From assembly GCF_006345805.1 (NCBI RefSeq), contig NC_042998.1:172918001-172982000 (forward strand): DNA of 64,000 nucleotides, in the 5' to 3' direction. This stretch comes from Octopus sinensis. Taxonomy: Eukaryota. Every line of letters starts with the position of its first letter. The first letter of the stretch is position 1. Of the stretch, positions 52,955-64,000 are shown one piece after another. The notes below the pieces were generated by a model. That model was not told where the DNA came from. It ran no database searches and worked only from the letters and a program-made list of their open reading frames with translations. The position numbers were made by a program, and so were the translations under genes.

Positions 52955-53243
52955 TCTTCTACTTGTTGCAATCAGTTCACTGCGGCTATCCAGGACAGAG
53001 ACGAATTTTTATCCGAATGATTCCAGTAATGTTTTTTTTTTCTCAAGTCTGATAGCTTTTGCTGAACTGTTAGTTTACAGTGACGTAAACATACAATAGC
53101 GGTTGTTAAACGGTGATGGGGACAAACAGACACATATATATAAGTATATATATATGTATGTATATATATACATACATATATATATACACATACATATATG
53201 TATATATATATATATTTACATATATAAATACACAGACAGACAG

Positions 53244-53277
<34 letters not shown>

Positions 53278-53395
53278 GTATATATTACAACAGGCTTCTT
53301 TCCGTTTCCGTCCACAAGGATACCACGCGGTGGGTCTGAACCAAGAACCATGAGTTTGGGAAGCAATCTTCTTACCAGACAGCCTCGCCTACACC
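52955..53395 (-). mobile_element. SINE family B (decayed)
   Basis: Reverse-complement head GGTGTAGGCGAGGCTGTCTGGTAAG with the same internal layout as 6103. Confidence 0.65.
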
Positions 53396-53397
53396 GA

Positions 53398-53483
<86 letters not shown>

Positions 53484-53532
53484 GTTTGTGTGTGTGTGTG
53501 TATAGTATCTCTAATTCTCTCTCTCTATCTCC

Positions 53533-53589
<57 letters not shown>

Positions 53590-53618
53590 TATATAGATAT
53601 ATAGATAGATAGATATCG

Positions 53619-53665
<47 letters not shown>

Positions 53666-54441
53666 TAAATACATACATACATACATATACGCACATACAT
53701 ACACACATATGTACATACATACATAAATACATGCACACACATACATATATACCTTCACACATATACACAAACACACATTTTTTAAATATATTATGCTTGT
53801 ATTAGCATGCATTACATGTGGATTTATATTTCATATATACGTGCTTCTGTGTATATGTGTGTATGTGTGCGAGCGAGTAAGCGCGCGGGCGGGCGTGTGT
53901 TATTGTGCATGTTAACACCAAATTCTCCCTGCATGCATGTGTGCGTGTGTGGGTGTGAGCGTGTGGTTGAGTACCTGTGTATATGTTTGCAAGTATGTAA
54001 GTTACGCTTAAGGCAGGTAGGAAAAGAACGCTTAGAAACGTTAAGTTTAGCGAACGTTGGCCTGCAGATTTTATTGCAAAATTTATGTAGCAATGTAAGC
54101 AACCGATGAAATAAACCGTAATATTTCAACTCATGACACATGAGAGCGTATATCCTTCGTAGTTTTTGGGCATATAGCAAATTCAATATACGTATCGATA
54201 CAAGTGGAAAGAAATTAGGGCTAAGAAGGCAAGGGGTAAAAAGAGAATATGTCATACCATTCCGCTAACATTTAATGCGCCTCATCGTCCTGTGTATGCT
54301 CCATATTGTTGTATGAAACCTGAGAGTCTGTTCTGTTGATGTTACTTAGAGTCATTCATGAATGAACGGAACAATAATCATTCAAATAATATATATACAT
54401 ATATTTATATAAATACTGTATATATACATATATATACATAC

Positions 54442-54505
<64 letters not shown>

Positions 54506-54923
54506 CTCTATACTGTGCTGTACTGCAACGTTCTGTTAATTCGGTCTGCCACAGATAAAATCATAAAGTAGGCAAAGAGTGTTTTACACAACTGAAAAGG
54601 TAGAAAGAAATCGATACGGCTTTTCATTTGTAAATCCAGGATTTTCGGCAACTGATTTGGAGGTGACACTAATATGCAGTGCACGATTTTACTTAATTTT
54701 ATTATTTTATCTTATTTTATTTTATTTTATTTTATTTTTTTGTATCAGTTAATCTTACATATACGGCACATTAAGTGCAGTCTACCATATTTGAAGCGGT
54801 GAGCCGAAAATAATGCATAATTAATCGAAATTACAAACCAAATGAGAAATGAAATTCATGTATTAATGAAACTTTGTGTCAGTCTCTCCCCCTCTCTCTT
54901 TCTCTCTCTCTTTGCTTGCTTAT

Positions 54924-54957
<34 letters not shown>

Positions 54958-55084
54958 ATTCTTTCGTTCTTTTCGTGTATATATGCATTACATGTATGTG
55001 CGTGTTGTTCACGTTTGTACGCATACACACAAACATATATTTACATAAACGTACATATATACATACACACACACAAACACACAC

Positions 55085-55245
55085 ATAGTGGTTTTAAAGC
55101 CAGAAGTTTCGCGGCTTCAATCACAGTGCTCAATCGGTACATATTTTATCAACTCCGAAAGGATGAAGGGCCAAAATGACCTCGACGGAATTTGAATTCA
55201 GAAATACCGCCAAGCTGTAACGGCTCTGCCAGCTCGCCGCCTTAA
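55085..55245 (-). mobile_element. SINE family C (deleted)
   Basis: CCGAAAGGATGAAGGGCC..GACCTCGACGGAATTTGAA...CTGCCAGCTCGCCGCC. Confidence 0.7.
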
Positions 55246-55425
55246 CCACACTCATATGTTCATTCAAAATAATGATTACTCCAGCCGTTACTCAGAGTTT
55301 CTGTTTCTGTGAAGAATCGCGCTTAGTAAAAGGTCTCTGCTCCAGCGGGTTAAATCAACCACTACGAATGAATTAACAAATTCTACTACATGTTTTGTGT
55401 GCACCTCTTTTTAGTTAAGGCAGTC

Positions 55426-55562
<137 letters not shown>

Positions 55563-56197
55563 ATCTTCTATCTATCTATCTATCTATCTATCTATATCTC
55601 ACTCCTCTCCCTTTCTCTCTCTATAGATGCTTACATACACATGCATTCGCACACGCATGCATGTATAAATTCTATTTACAACTCCAATATATAATAACGT
55701 AATTGTCATTTTCAAATAAAACGATAATAGAGATTAGATTAGAGAGAGAGTCTACTATAGTCACACGCTGGAAAAATTAGCCACAAGCTATTTTAACGGC
55801 AAACTATTATCATCAGCAATCTGTTATAATTGCTTCTTACTAGGTATCTAACTTCGTTACCTGTCTGTATATTTAGTATCTGAGTTGTAACGCAGGAGGT
55901 ACAGTCACGTAAATATAAATAAATACATCATTGCAGCATAAATAATTAAATCCTCATGTATTCAGTAGTTTTTCTCCTCCTTCAGAAAAGAGAAAATCTG
56001 CTTCTAGAATAGACTTACGCTTCAATAAGTCACATACAGAAATAATTTTAACTGCTACCATTGACAATACGCGGGCACGAATCAGCAGAAGATTAAAATA
56101 AATGATTTAGTATTAGTAAAGGGTTATTTACCCTTAACTATAATAAATTTGATAGTTCTGAAATTTCAGTGGCAGATCCTTCTACAGTGTGGTTAAT

Positions 56198-56646
56198 GGA
56201 TCTGTTCGGTTTGACCGGCAGTTTTTTCTAGCGGTGTCATATGAAATTGTCACCCATAATTATGACCCTAGTATCGATCTATTGCATTTCAATCTGTTTT
56301 AGGGTTAGGGTTAGAGTTAGGGTTAGTTAGGGTTAGGTTAGGGTTAGGGTTAGGGGTGGGGGAAGGGTATCTTTTTTCTTCAGAAATGTAAATAAACCCA
56401 ATCTGTTTCTTAAACGAGGGACATATTCATACAGCACAGAATGTTTTCACCTCAATAGACGTCATAGAGAACAACTGCAGAAATTGAAGAAAAATACAAC
56501 AAATATCTTACAAACTATAGAATGTTCTCATTAAAGCCAAGAGAAAAACATGTTTTATATACACATTCTACCAGTATACGAAGTTTAAAAGTGTTTAGTT
56601 ACGTGGAAATTATTTAAAAAAACTACCGGTCAAACCGAAAAGATCC
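56198..56646. mobile_element. MITE with ~30-bp TIRs (GGATC...), 8-bp TSD and an internal (TTAGGG)n tract; Merlin-like
   Basis: TIRs are GGATCTGTTCGGTTTGACCGGCAGTTTTTT and AAAAAACTACCGGTCAAACCGAAAAGATCC. Flanks are TGGTTAAT and TGGTTAAA. TTAGGG repeats span 56299-56355. Confidence 0.85.
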
Positions 56647-58250
56647 TGGTTAAACATATACATACATACTTGAAGTGTAATGTCTGTGTTACGTATTCTT
56701 ACCGCGACTGGAATATTGCTTTAATTTCGAAGAGTAATGAAGAATAGAGAACAACTTGCAGGATGTAGAAAAAATCGCCCAAACTATGGCCAAGAATTTC
56801 ACTCTCCCTTTAAACACAACCTACAAATTTCCCTGTCCGGCCTTACGTGCACCAATTTCTCCTATCGGTTGTTAATTTAGAGATTCAGTTATTCGTTAGT
56901 ATATCCTAATGTGTTTTTTTTTTAATATACTATCATTTCCAATATTTATAAACACATTTTAAATCTAACACACATTTATTGTCCGAATTCTTTTCTTATA
57001 TGTTGTCCAGCAGCAAATCTAAAATAATATCACGCTATAAATACATGAAGCATATTATCCACTTTTATTATGCTATGGATTAGAGTCGTTCTGTGTAATT
57101 TGTTGACGTTATTTGCACGCATTTTATATTTGTTATAAATCTTGCAATTATATTAAATTGCTATATTTCGTGTGTGAATTGTTCGACATATTAATGTGAA
57201 TCAAAATATCAATTTCCACGTATGAAGTGATGACAGCAGGGGTTGTAACAATCAAAAATTTCTCCTGATCACGATTTTAACCAAGCTTACTCCAATGTTT
57301 TCAGAACTATTTCATCAATAGGATGCCACTCGTGCCACCGTTCTTTCTAGTTTGATTAAACAAGGGCAATGTATGTGTAGAATCTGCACAGTAAAAATGG
57401 AAATAATTGGAGAGTCATAAGTTTGATGTGCAGTATTAAATTGCATGACAGATTTCAGAGCTGAGAAGGTAGTTAGAATTTGGCAACGTTCCTAATATTT
57501 CTCGCACAGAGTAACTTCATTGACACTCCTTTACCTGAACATTCACATATGTCCAGCCCAGGCAATCTTCCCTTCACAAGATAACACAAAACTACGTCCT
57601 AAGAATAGGTTTTTTCAATCCCAGAAAATACCTTAGCCGTTAAATAAATACTGACTCTCCATCAAAACTCAGATGAGTTCTACAATAGAACACAACTCCC
57701 GTATCTGTAACAGCGCAGCTGAACCACAGAAAAGCAGCGCAGATTGAATCGAAAAGAAAGCCACCAATATGATAGTAACCTATGGATGCGCTGTCACTTT
57801 AACTTCTACACTGCCACAGGAAGAGCCTATGTTTTTCAAAGCCAGCTAATCGCACATGTAGTTCACCCAGTTCCTTCTGACACACGTCTCTATTCTCATG
57901 TGATGCCCCACCTACCTATTTCCATCCCATTGTAAAATTCTTTTGGAATTCCTTTCCATGATTTTCTTACAGATATTAACTTAGTATATATCAAATCGCT
58001 TCTCAACTGTACTAATCTTATCATTACAAGACGCTTTTCTACATGTTTTCCTCATAAATGAAACAATTGATCATAGCCCATAGTTTCTTTATTACTTTTC
58101 TCTCTTTCAGCTTTTGGTGTGTAAGAACAAAATGGAACAACGCTCCCAAGTCTAGTATCCGACTATATCGCTTCTGATACTGCATTTGATACTTACTGTA
58201 TGAATTATATGAGGGACAAAGGGGAAAAAGTTAATTTTAGACGGAATAGA

Positions 58251-58574
58251 AAATAAATCTAGAAATGCTAGGAAATCTTACCCTCCATATTTCCGCCGAC
58301 CAGGCGACATCGGGGCATACAGAAGCAAGTCAGCATATCCACATTTATATAGACAAGTGAATTCGTATTTCCCTCCAGAATTTTTTCCCACGTGAGTCAC
58401 AAAATAATACTGCCGAAAATAAATTCGTAATTCTGTCGTAGGGGAGTATATATTTATTTTCGGCAGTATTATTGTCTATATAAATGTGAATATGCTGATT
58501 AGCTTCTGTATGCCCCGATGTCGCCTAGTCGGAAATATGGAGGGTAAGATTTCCTAGCATTTCTAGATTTATTT
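58251..58574. repeat. Nested inverted repeat (~105-bp outer arms, 22-bp inner arms) directly upstream of an HHR
   Basis: 58251-58356 versus 58472-58574; 58403-58424 versus 58452-58473. Confidence 0.85.
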
Positions 58575-58582
58575 ATCGGAAT

Positions 58583-58640
58583 ATTATGTTGATGAAGGAA
58601 ATGAATCTTTGATTCTAATCCAGAAACGTGCGTCCATAAT
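58583..58640 (+). ncRNA. Type I hammerhead ribozyme motif
   Basis: ATTATG-TTGATGA-AGGA..GAATC-TTT-GATTC..TCCA-GAAAC-GTGC-GTC-CATAAT. Stem I is a perfect 6 bp and the triplet is GUC. Confidence 0.75.
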
Positions 58641-58839
58641 TGACCGTGGACTGTTTGATTTCGTTATTTTTCTTCTTTGTTTGCCACATAATGAGTTACA
58701 GATACTGTTGTCTGTGGAGACATATTTTTGTAGTAAAAGGAAATACCAGTCCTCTGGCTGCTATTTCTAATACTTTCGGTATGTGGTCTAGCAACTTGTT
58801 GAAAAGACCCTCATTGTTATAATTATATATATATATTAT

Positions 58840-58871
<32 letters not shown>

Positions 58872-58872
<1 letters not shown>

Positions 58873-59847
58873 TATATAACAGTACTTGGAAAATAAGAAC
58901 GGAACGAAACGAACGAATCGAATCGAATCGACGCGAGGGCGCTGTCATACAATAGTGTAATAAATAAAATATATGCGTACATACATACATACATATATGT
59001 ACGTACTTACATCTACATGTATATATACATGCATATATAAATATATATACGTGAGTACAGGACACCACAACTAGACGTAGACCTCAACGCGAAACGAAAA
59101 CGGAAAAACAAGCATGGAACAAACCATTTTTTTACAACAGAAAAACAGAGTACAAGACAAACTGCACAAGGAAAAATCCCCCTTTTTCAACTCTAGCGTG
59201 TTTCGAAGGTAGGACAGAACATGACTCATCAAACTAGCCCTTCCTGCGAGAGAATTAAAATAAAATTACTTCGCAGAGGGGTAAAAACAAAGAAAGAAAA
59301 TAAATGTAACACAAACAGGACGTAAAAACGATACAAATAAAAATACAAAATAAAATACAAGATAAAAATACATGTTCAAGAAAATACAATACAAGAAATA
59401 AAAAATAAACAAGAAAACAAACGAAAAGGCCTTTTTCTGGCTTAGACGGAGAAGATTCTGGCGAGCGCAAGGGAAAAAAAGTGTGTTTACAGTTTGGAGG
59501 CCGCGTGTAAAAAGGAAGTAGTTTTGGCTGGCAGTGACAAAGATGAGGAGGAGTGAGAGAGAGAGAGAGAGGAAGACAAGCGGCTGAGAGAGAGATGAGG
59601 AGGAGTGAGAGAGACAGAGAGAGAGAGAAGGGAAGGTAAAGCAAAGAGGTAAGGAGTCTCGAGTCATAATTATATATAAAACAGTACTTGGAGAATAAGA
59701 ACGGAACGAAACGAACGAATGGAATCGAATCGACGCGAGAGCGCTGTCATACAATAGTGTAATAAATAAAATACATGCATACATACATATATGTACGTAC
59801 CTACATCTACATGTTTATATACATGCATATATAAATATATATACGTG

Positions 59848-59848
<1 letters not shown>
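58872..59848 (-). mobile_element. PLE-like relic bounded by ~180-bp direct repeats
   Basis: 58872-59054 is nearly identical to 59670-59848. A degenerate HHR-like TTGATGA...GAAAC lies on the minus strand at ~59192-59237. (TA)n flanks. Confidence 0.6.
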
Positions 59849-59883
<35 letters not shown>

Positions 59884-59959
59884 GTTTGTATGTATGTATG
59901 TATGTATGTATGTATGTATGTATGTATGTATGTATGTATGTATGTGTGTGTATATGTTT

Positions 59960-60147
59960 GTGTGTCTGTGTTTGTGCCCCCAAATCGCTTGACAACCGAT
60001 GCTGTTGTGTTCACGGCCCCGTAACCTAGCGGTTCGGCAAAATAGACCAGTAGAATAAGTACTAGGGTCGATTAGCTCCACTAAAGGCGGTACTCCAGCA
60101 TGGCTACAGTCACATGACTGAAACAAGAGAGTAAAAGAGGGTAAGAG
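59960..60147 (+). mobile_element. SINE family B 3' half
   Basis: GCTTGACAACCGATGCTG...GCGGTTCGGCAAAA...CTCCAGCATGGCTACAGTC..GACTGAAACAAG-AGAGTAAAAGAG. Confidence 0.8.
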
Positions 60148-60190
60148 TATATATCTGTTACGTATATATATATATATATATATACGTAAC

Positions 60191-60243
<53 letters not shown>

Positions 60244-60404
60244 ACGTACCTGTGGTAAGTGTAAGACAGAGATAGATAAAATATATAAATAAAACTATAT
60301 AAATGGTATGGATACATACGAGGCGAACCCATACACACACACACATGAAACTTTATAAACGGCCATAACAATGTCAACTACATAACTAACACGGTTAACA
60401 GCAG

Positions 60405-60624
60405 CGGCGAGCTGGCAGAAACTTTAGCATGCCGGGCGAAATGCGTAGCCGTATTTCGTCTGCCGCTACGTTCTGAGTTCAAATTCCGCCGACGTCGAAT
60501 TTGCCTTTCATCCTTTCGGGGTCGATAAATTAAGTACCAGTTACGCACTGGGGTCGATATAATCGACTTATTCCGTTTGTTTGTCCTCTCTGTGTTTAGC
60601 CCCTTGTGGGTAGTAAAGAAATAG
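60405..60624 (+). mobile_element. tRNA-derived SINE, family C (best copy)
   Basis: Head GGCGAGCTGGCAGAAAC..GAGTTCAAATTCC (B box), central GCCTTTCATCCTTTCGGGGTCGATAAATTAAGTACCAG. Confidence 0.85.
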
Positions 60625-61716
60625 GTTAACAGCAGCGGCGGTGTCAACGATGGCAATAACAACAACAACAACAACAATTACCACGATGGCAACACCGTGG
60701 AATACAGAGAAATACAGGCTCTTAGGACAGCAGCAGCACAATGGGGTGAGAGGATGGGGCAGAGGGGAAGACCAGACATCTGCTAAAAACTATGATACAC
60801 ACACAAGCATACACACATACATACACGCGCGCACACATATACAAACACATGGACACAAATGCATGCAGACATAAGGTTGCACATCTTAGAAGAAGAGAAT
60901 GGAGTAAATGGAGCAAGAACAGATACAGAAACGAAAAGTCTCGCTGAAGAGGTCACAGATGTGTGACGAAAGATTTCCGGACAATGGACACGAGTAAGAA
61001 TAACAAAATAAGAACAGTAATAAACGAGTGAAGAAAAAATATATAGTGCGTGTGTTTATTTGGCAAGGAAAAACAAAACAAAACGTCCCGAAATACAACA
61101 ATATATATACGTATGTATGTATATATATATATATATATAATATATATAATATATATATAAATATATACATATACATATATATATATACATATATATACAT
61201 GCACACATACATTCATACATGTGTGTGTGCGCGTGCACTCGATCAGCGAAGAGAATAAAAAGAACGTTACTATAAAACCCAGAATGTTGTGAAATACAGC
61301 TATCCAAGGCTTCCTGGTCAATATAATAATTATTTCGACTATGAAACCCTGGGTAGCTGTACTTAGCAACATTTGTGGCTTTTTGAATAACAGCGCACAC
61401 ACATACACGCATACAGACACACACGCACTCACACACATGTATGTATATATATATATATACCCAAAATAAGTAACAAGAATGACTCCGGTAATTTGGTACA
61501 ATTGTTTTGCACTACATCATTTTATTAAATGTTGTAAGTATTACAACAGATTTAAGATGCTGAGTACTCATCAGCCAATTATAGAGGTTTTCCATTAATA
61601 CAAAAGTTTTAAAATCAAGTGGCAACATTATAGAGAAGGTAGATATATACAGTCAAAGATGTAGATTTAAATTTTAAGAACATATGAGGTAGTGAAGTCC
61701 AACCACTGACTGACCC

Positions 61717-61748
<32 letters not shown>

Positions 61749-62211
61749 GAAAGAATGGAGTTGAACGACGATTTAACAAAATTCCTTTATTCTCGACATA
61801 TGTTTCGAAGGCTGCATATTCCTAATTTCGAAGGAATAAGGGGTGCATTACGAAAGCACGTGATCTCTGCCCTTGGCATGTAGCTTCAACAGTGTTTTTC
61901 TGACGTGAATTTGCTACCCAGGTATCGGTTATCCATACTAAGATAATTCATTCAACTACTTATATATATATATATATATATATAGATATATATTAGTCAA
62001 TTTAGGGTAGCAAAAAATTCAATAGAAATTTATCGCTACCAGCGGCCTAGTGGAAAAGAGAAAATAGTCAAAGACTAAATATATAAATATAACAATTTAG
62101 GAGTGACCTTAACAGGCCATTCGTCCACCAGAAAGAGCAGCCATAACTCACACCGCCAAGTAGTAGTAATTCAGAAATTAGGTGAAAATTTAAAAACATT
62201 TACCCTAATTC

Positions 62212-62315
62212 ATCTTTTAGACGATGCATCGTTTCTGTGTTATTAATGATTAAATTAGCTTAATTAAATTAAATTAAGCTAATCTACCATAGGTCACACT
62301 TCATCAGTAAAAAAC
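62212..62315 (-). ncRNA. Type I hammerhead ribozyme (mirror copy)
   Basis: TCATCAG at 62301-62307 and GACGATGCATCGTTTC at 62220-62235 form the exact reverse complement of 62629-62732. Confidence 0.8.
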
Positions 62316-62628
62316 CTGGGAGAGACAAATATACACGAGGCGTCTGTATCGATGCCTCCGGAATATCTGTCTTAAAATTTTCAAGACCGACGTATTCGCG
62401 CCAAACTTATCAGCAGTAAATATAACCTGCCGATTCAATCTCAGAATTATTCAGAAAATTATCAATTAAATTGACTAATTGATAATTTTCTGAATAATTC
62501 TGAGATTGAATCGGCAGGTTATATTTACTGCTGATAAGTTTGGCGCGAATACGTCGGTCTTGAAAATTTTAAGACAGATATTCCGGAGGCATCGATACAG
62601 ACGCCTCGTGTATATTTGTCTCTCCCAG

Positions 62629-62732
62629 GTTTTTTACTGATGAAGTGTGACCTATGGTAGATTAGCTTAATTTAATTTAATTAAGCTAATTTAATCATTA
62701 ATAACACAGAAACGATGCATCGTCTAAAAGAT
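62629..62732 (+). ncRNA. Type I hammerhead ribozyme with intact CUGAUGA/GAAA core
   Basis: Stem I TTTTA/TAAAA (extendable by wobble pairs); CTGATGA at 62637-62643; long stem II (GTGT/ACAC ... ATTAGCTTAATT/AATTAAGCTAAT); GAAAC-GATGCATC-GTC. Predicted cleavage is after 62724. Confidence 0.8.
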
Positions 62733-63354
62733 GAATTAGGGTAAATGTTTTTAAATTTTCACCTAATTTCTGAATTACTACTACTTGGCGGTGTGAGTTA
62801 TGGCTGCTCTTTCTGGTGGACGAATGGCCTGTTAAGGTCAGTCCTAAATTGTTATATATAGATATATATATATATATATATATACACGCACAGAGGGAGA
62901 GAGACAAAAATGCAATAAACACATAGTTAATTAGATCGACATTACACTTACATAGGTGGGTCTGTCTATTTAAATTGAAACTGCAACGCTTTCAACAAAA
63001 CTTTTAATCGTCTGAGAAATGAAGAAACCACTTTTACCATAAATCAAAATTAACTTCGTTTTGAGTAACATAGGCTATGGATTGGAAAAAATCAGTACTT
63101 TCTTCTTTTTTTTTTTGTTTTAATAAAAACACACAGACAAAAAAAGATTTCATTTAAAATGAAACAAGTTTATGAAAGCAGAATGTAATTAATTCTGATA
63201 CGGATTCAGCAGATTTTCATCGCGAAATTGCGTGAGGGTGAGATAAATTCTCGGAAAAGTTAACACAATTTCTTCCAGGCGTGCTTTATAAATATTAATA
63301 TTCGAACTTATGAATATGAATGCGCAAAGACGCGCATGTCTTTCTGTCTGTATG

Positions 63355-63389
<35 letters not shown>

Positions 63390-63671
63390 GTAGGTTATGT
63401 AGGTGTATGTAGGTGTGTGTATTTACACTATTAATATTTATAAGCTTCACTTTGATGAAAGTTTCCACAATTCCATATGACTTCTGCTTACATGCAGTTC
63501 CCAACTGAAAACCTCCTTAGTCGTAAATTAGAATTAATTTCGTTTTTGCGACCGACCTCGGTTCATTTTAATGATTTGAATTTTGATGACATAGCGTCCT
63601 AAATTTTCTAGAGTACCCCACACCCCAACAAGAAAAATAATGCATTTCGACTCTCCGACTGTTGAATTATC

Positions 63672-63762
<91 letters not shown>

Positions 63763-63780
63763 TAATAATAATAATAATAA

Positions 63781-63950
63781 CCAGTGGTTAGGGCAGCGGA
63801 CTCACGGTCGGAGTATCGCGGTTTCGATTCCCAGACCGGGCGTGGTCTGTATTCATTGAGCGAAAACATCTAAAGTTCCACGAGGCTCCGGCGGAGACTC
63901 CTGTTGTACTCTTTCACCCCAACTTTCTCTCACTCTTTCTTCCTGTTTCT
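63781..63950 (+). mobile_element. SINE family A, 5'-clipped
   Basis: CCAGTGGTTAGGGCAGCGGACTC..GGTTTCGATTCCCAGACCGGGCG; homolog of 4050-4430. Confidence 0.8.
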
Positions 63951-64000
63951 TGAGTAGGGCTGCGATGGACTTGCGTCCCGTCCCGCTGGGGGGAACACAT

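Larger units (their letters stand above)
61992..62857. mobile_element. Young fold-back PLE-type element in (TA)n: 771-bp palindrome (62087-62857) plus an unpaired tail
   Basis: 382-bp arms (62087-62468 and 62476-62857) around a 7-nt loop AATTGAC. Only one mismatch was seen by eye (62103/62841). Confidence 0.9.

Noticed and set aside
56299-56355. Chromosome end or telomere fusion
   Set aside because: The tract is short, degenerate and enclosed by TIRs and a TSD.
61790-61895. Complete HHR on the minus strand (CUGUUGA ... GAAAC-AUAU-GUC)
   Set aside because: Stem I cannot be formed and the stem II junction is ambiguous; counted only as a degenerate motif.

Overview
AT-rich eukaryotic DNA dense in microsatellites. 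Repeat content is typical of a cephalopod (Octopus-like) genome; this assignment is inferred from repeat style only. No convincing host protein-coding gene is present. Almost all long ORFs are either microsatellite translations or decayed transposon ORFs. The window holds: (1) a stack of RLE-type R4/Dong-like non-LTR retrotransposons sitting in (TAA)n, plus a second RLE family sitting in (TACA)n; (2) several tRNA-derived SINE families; (3) a ~540-bp (AAT)n-tailed non-coding retroposon; (4) mariner, Tigger-like and GGATC-ended 8-bp-TSD DNA transposon relics; (5) old RTE and CR1/Jockey-like LINE scraps; (6) many Penelope-like (PLE) relics in (TA)n tracts. The strongest signal is a set of fold-back elements carrying minimal type I hammerhead ribozyme (HHR) motifs, often on both strands. 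The best example is a near-perfect 771-bp palindrome at 62087-62857. HDV-like ribozyme relics appear at Dong-like 5' ends. All alignments and folds were read by eye, so most boundaries are approximate.
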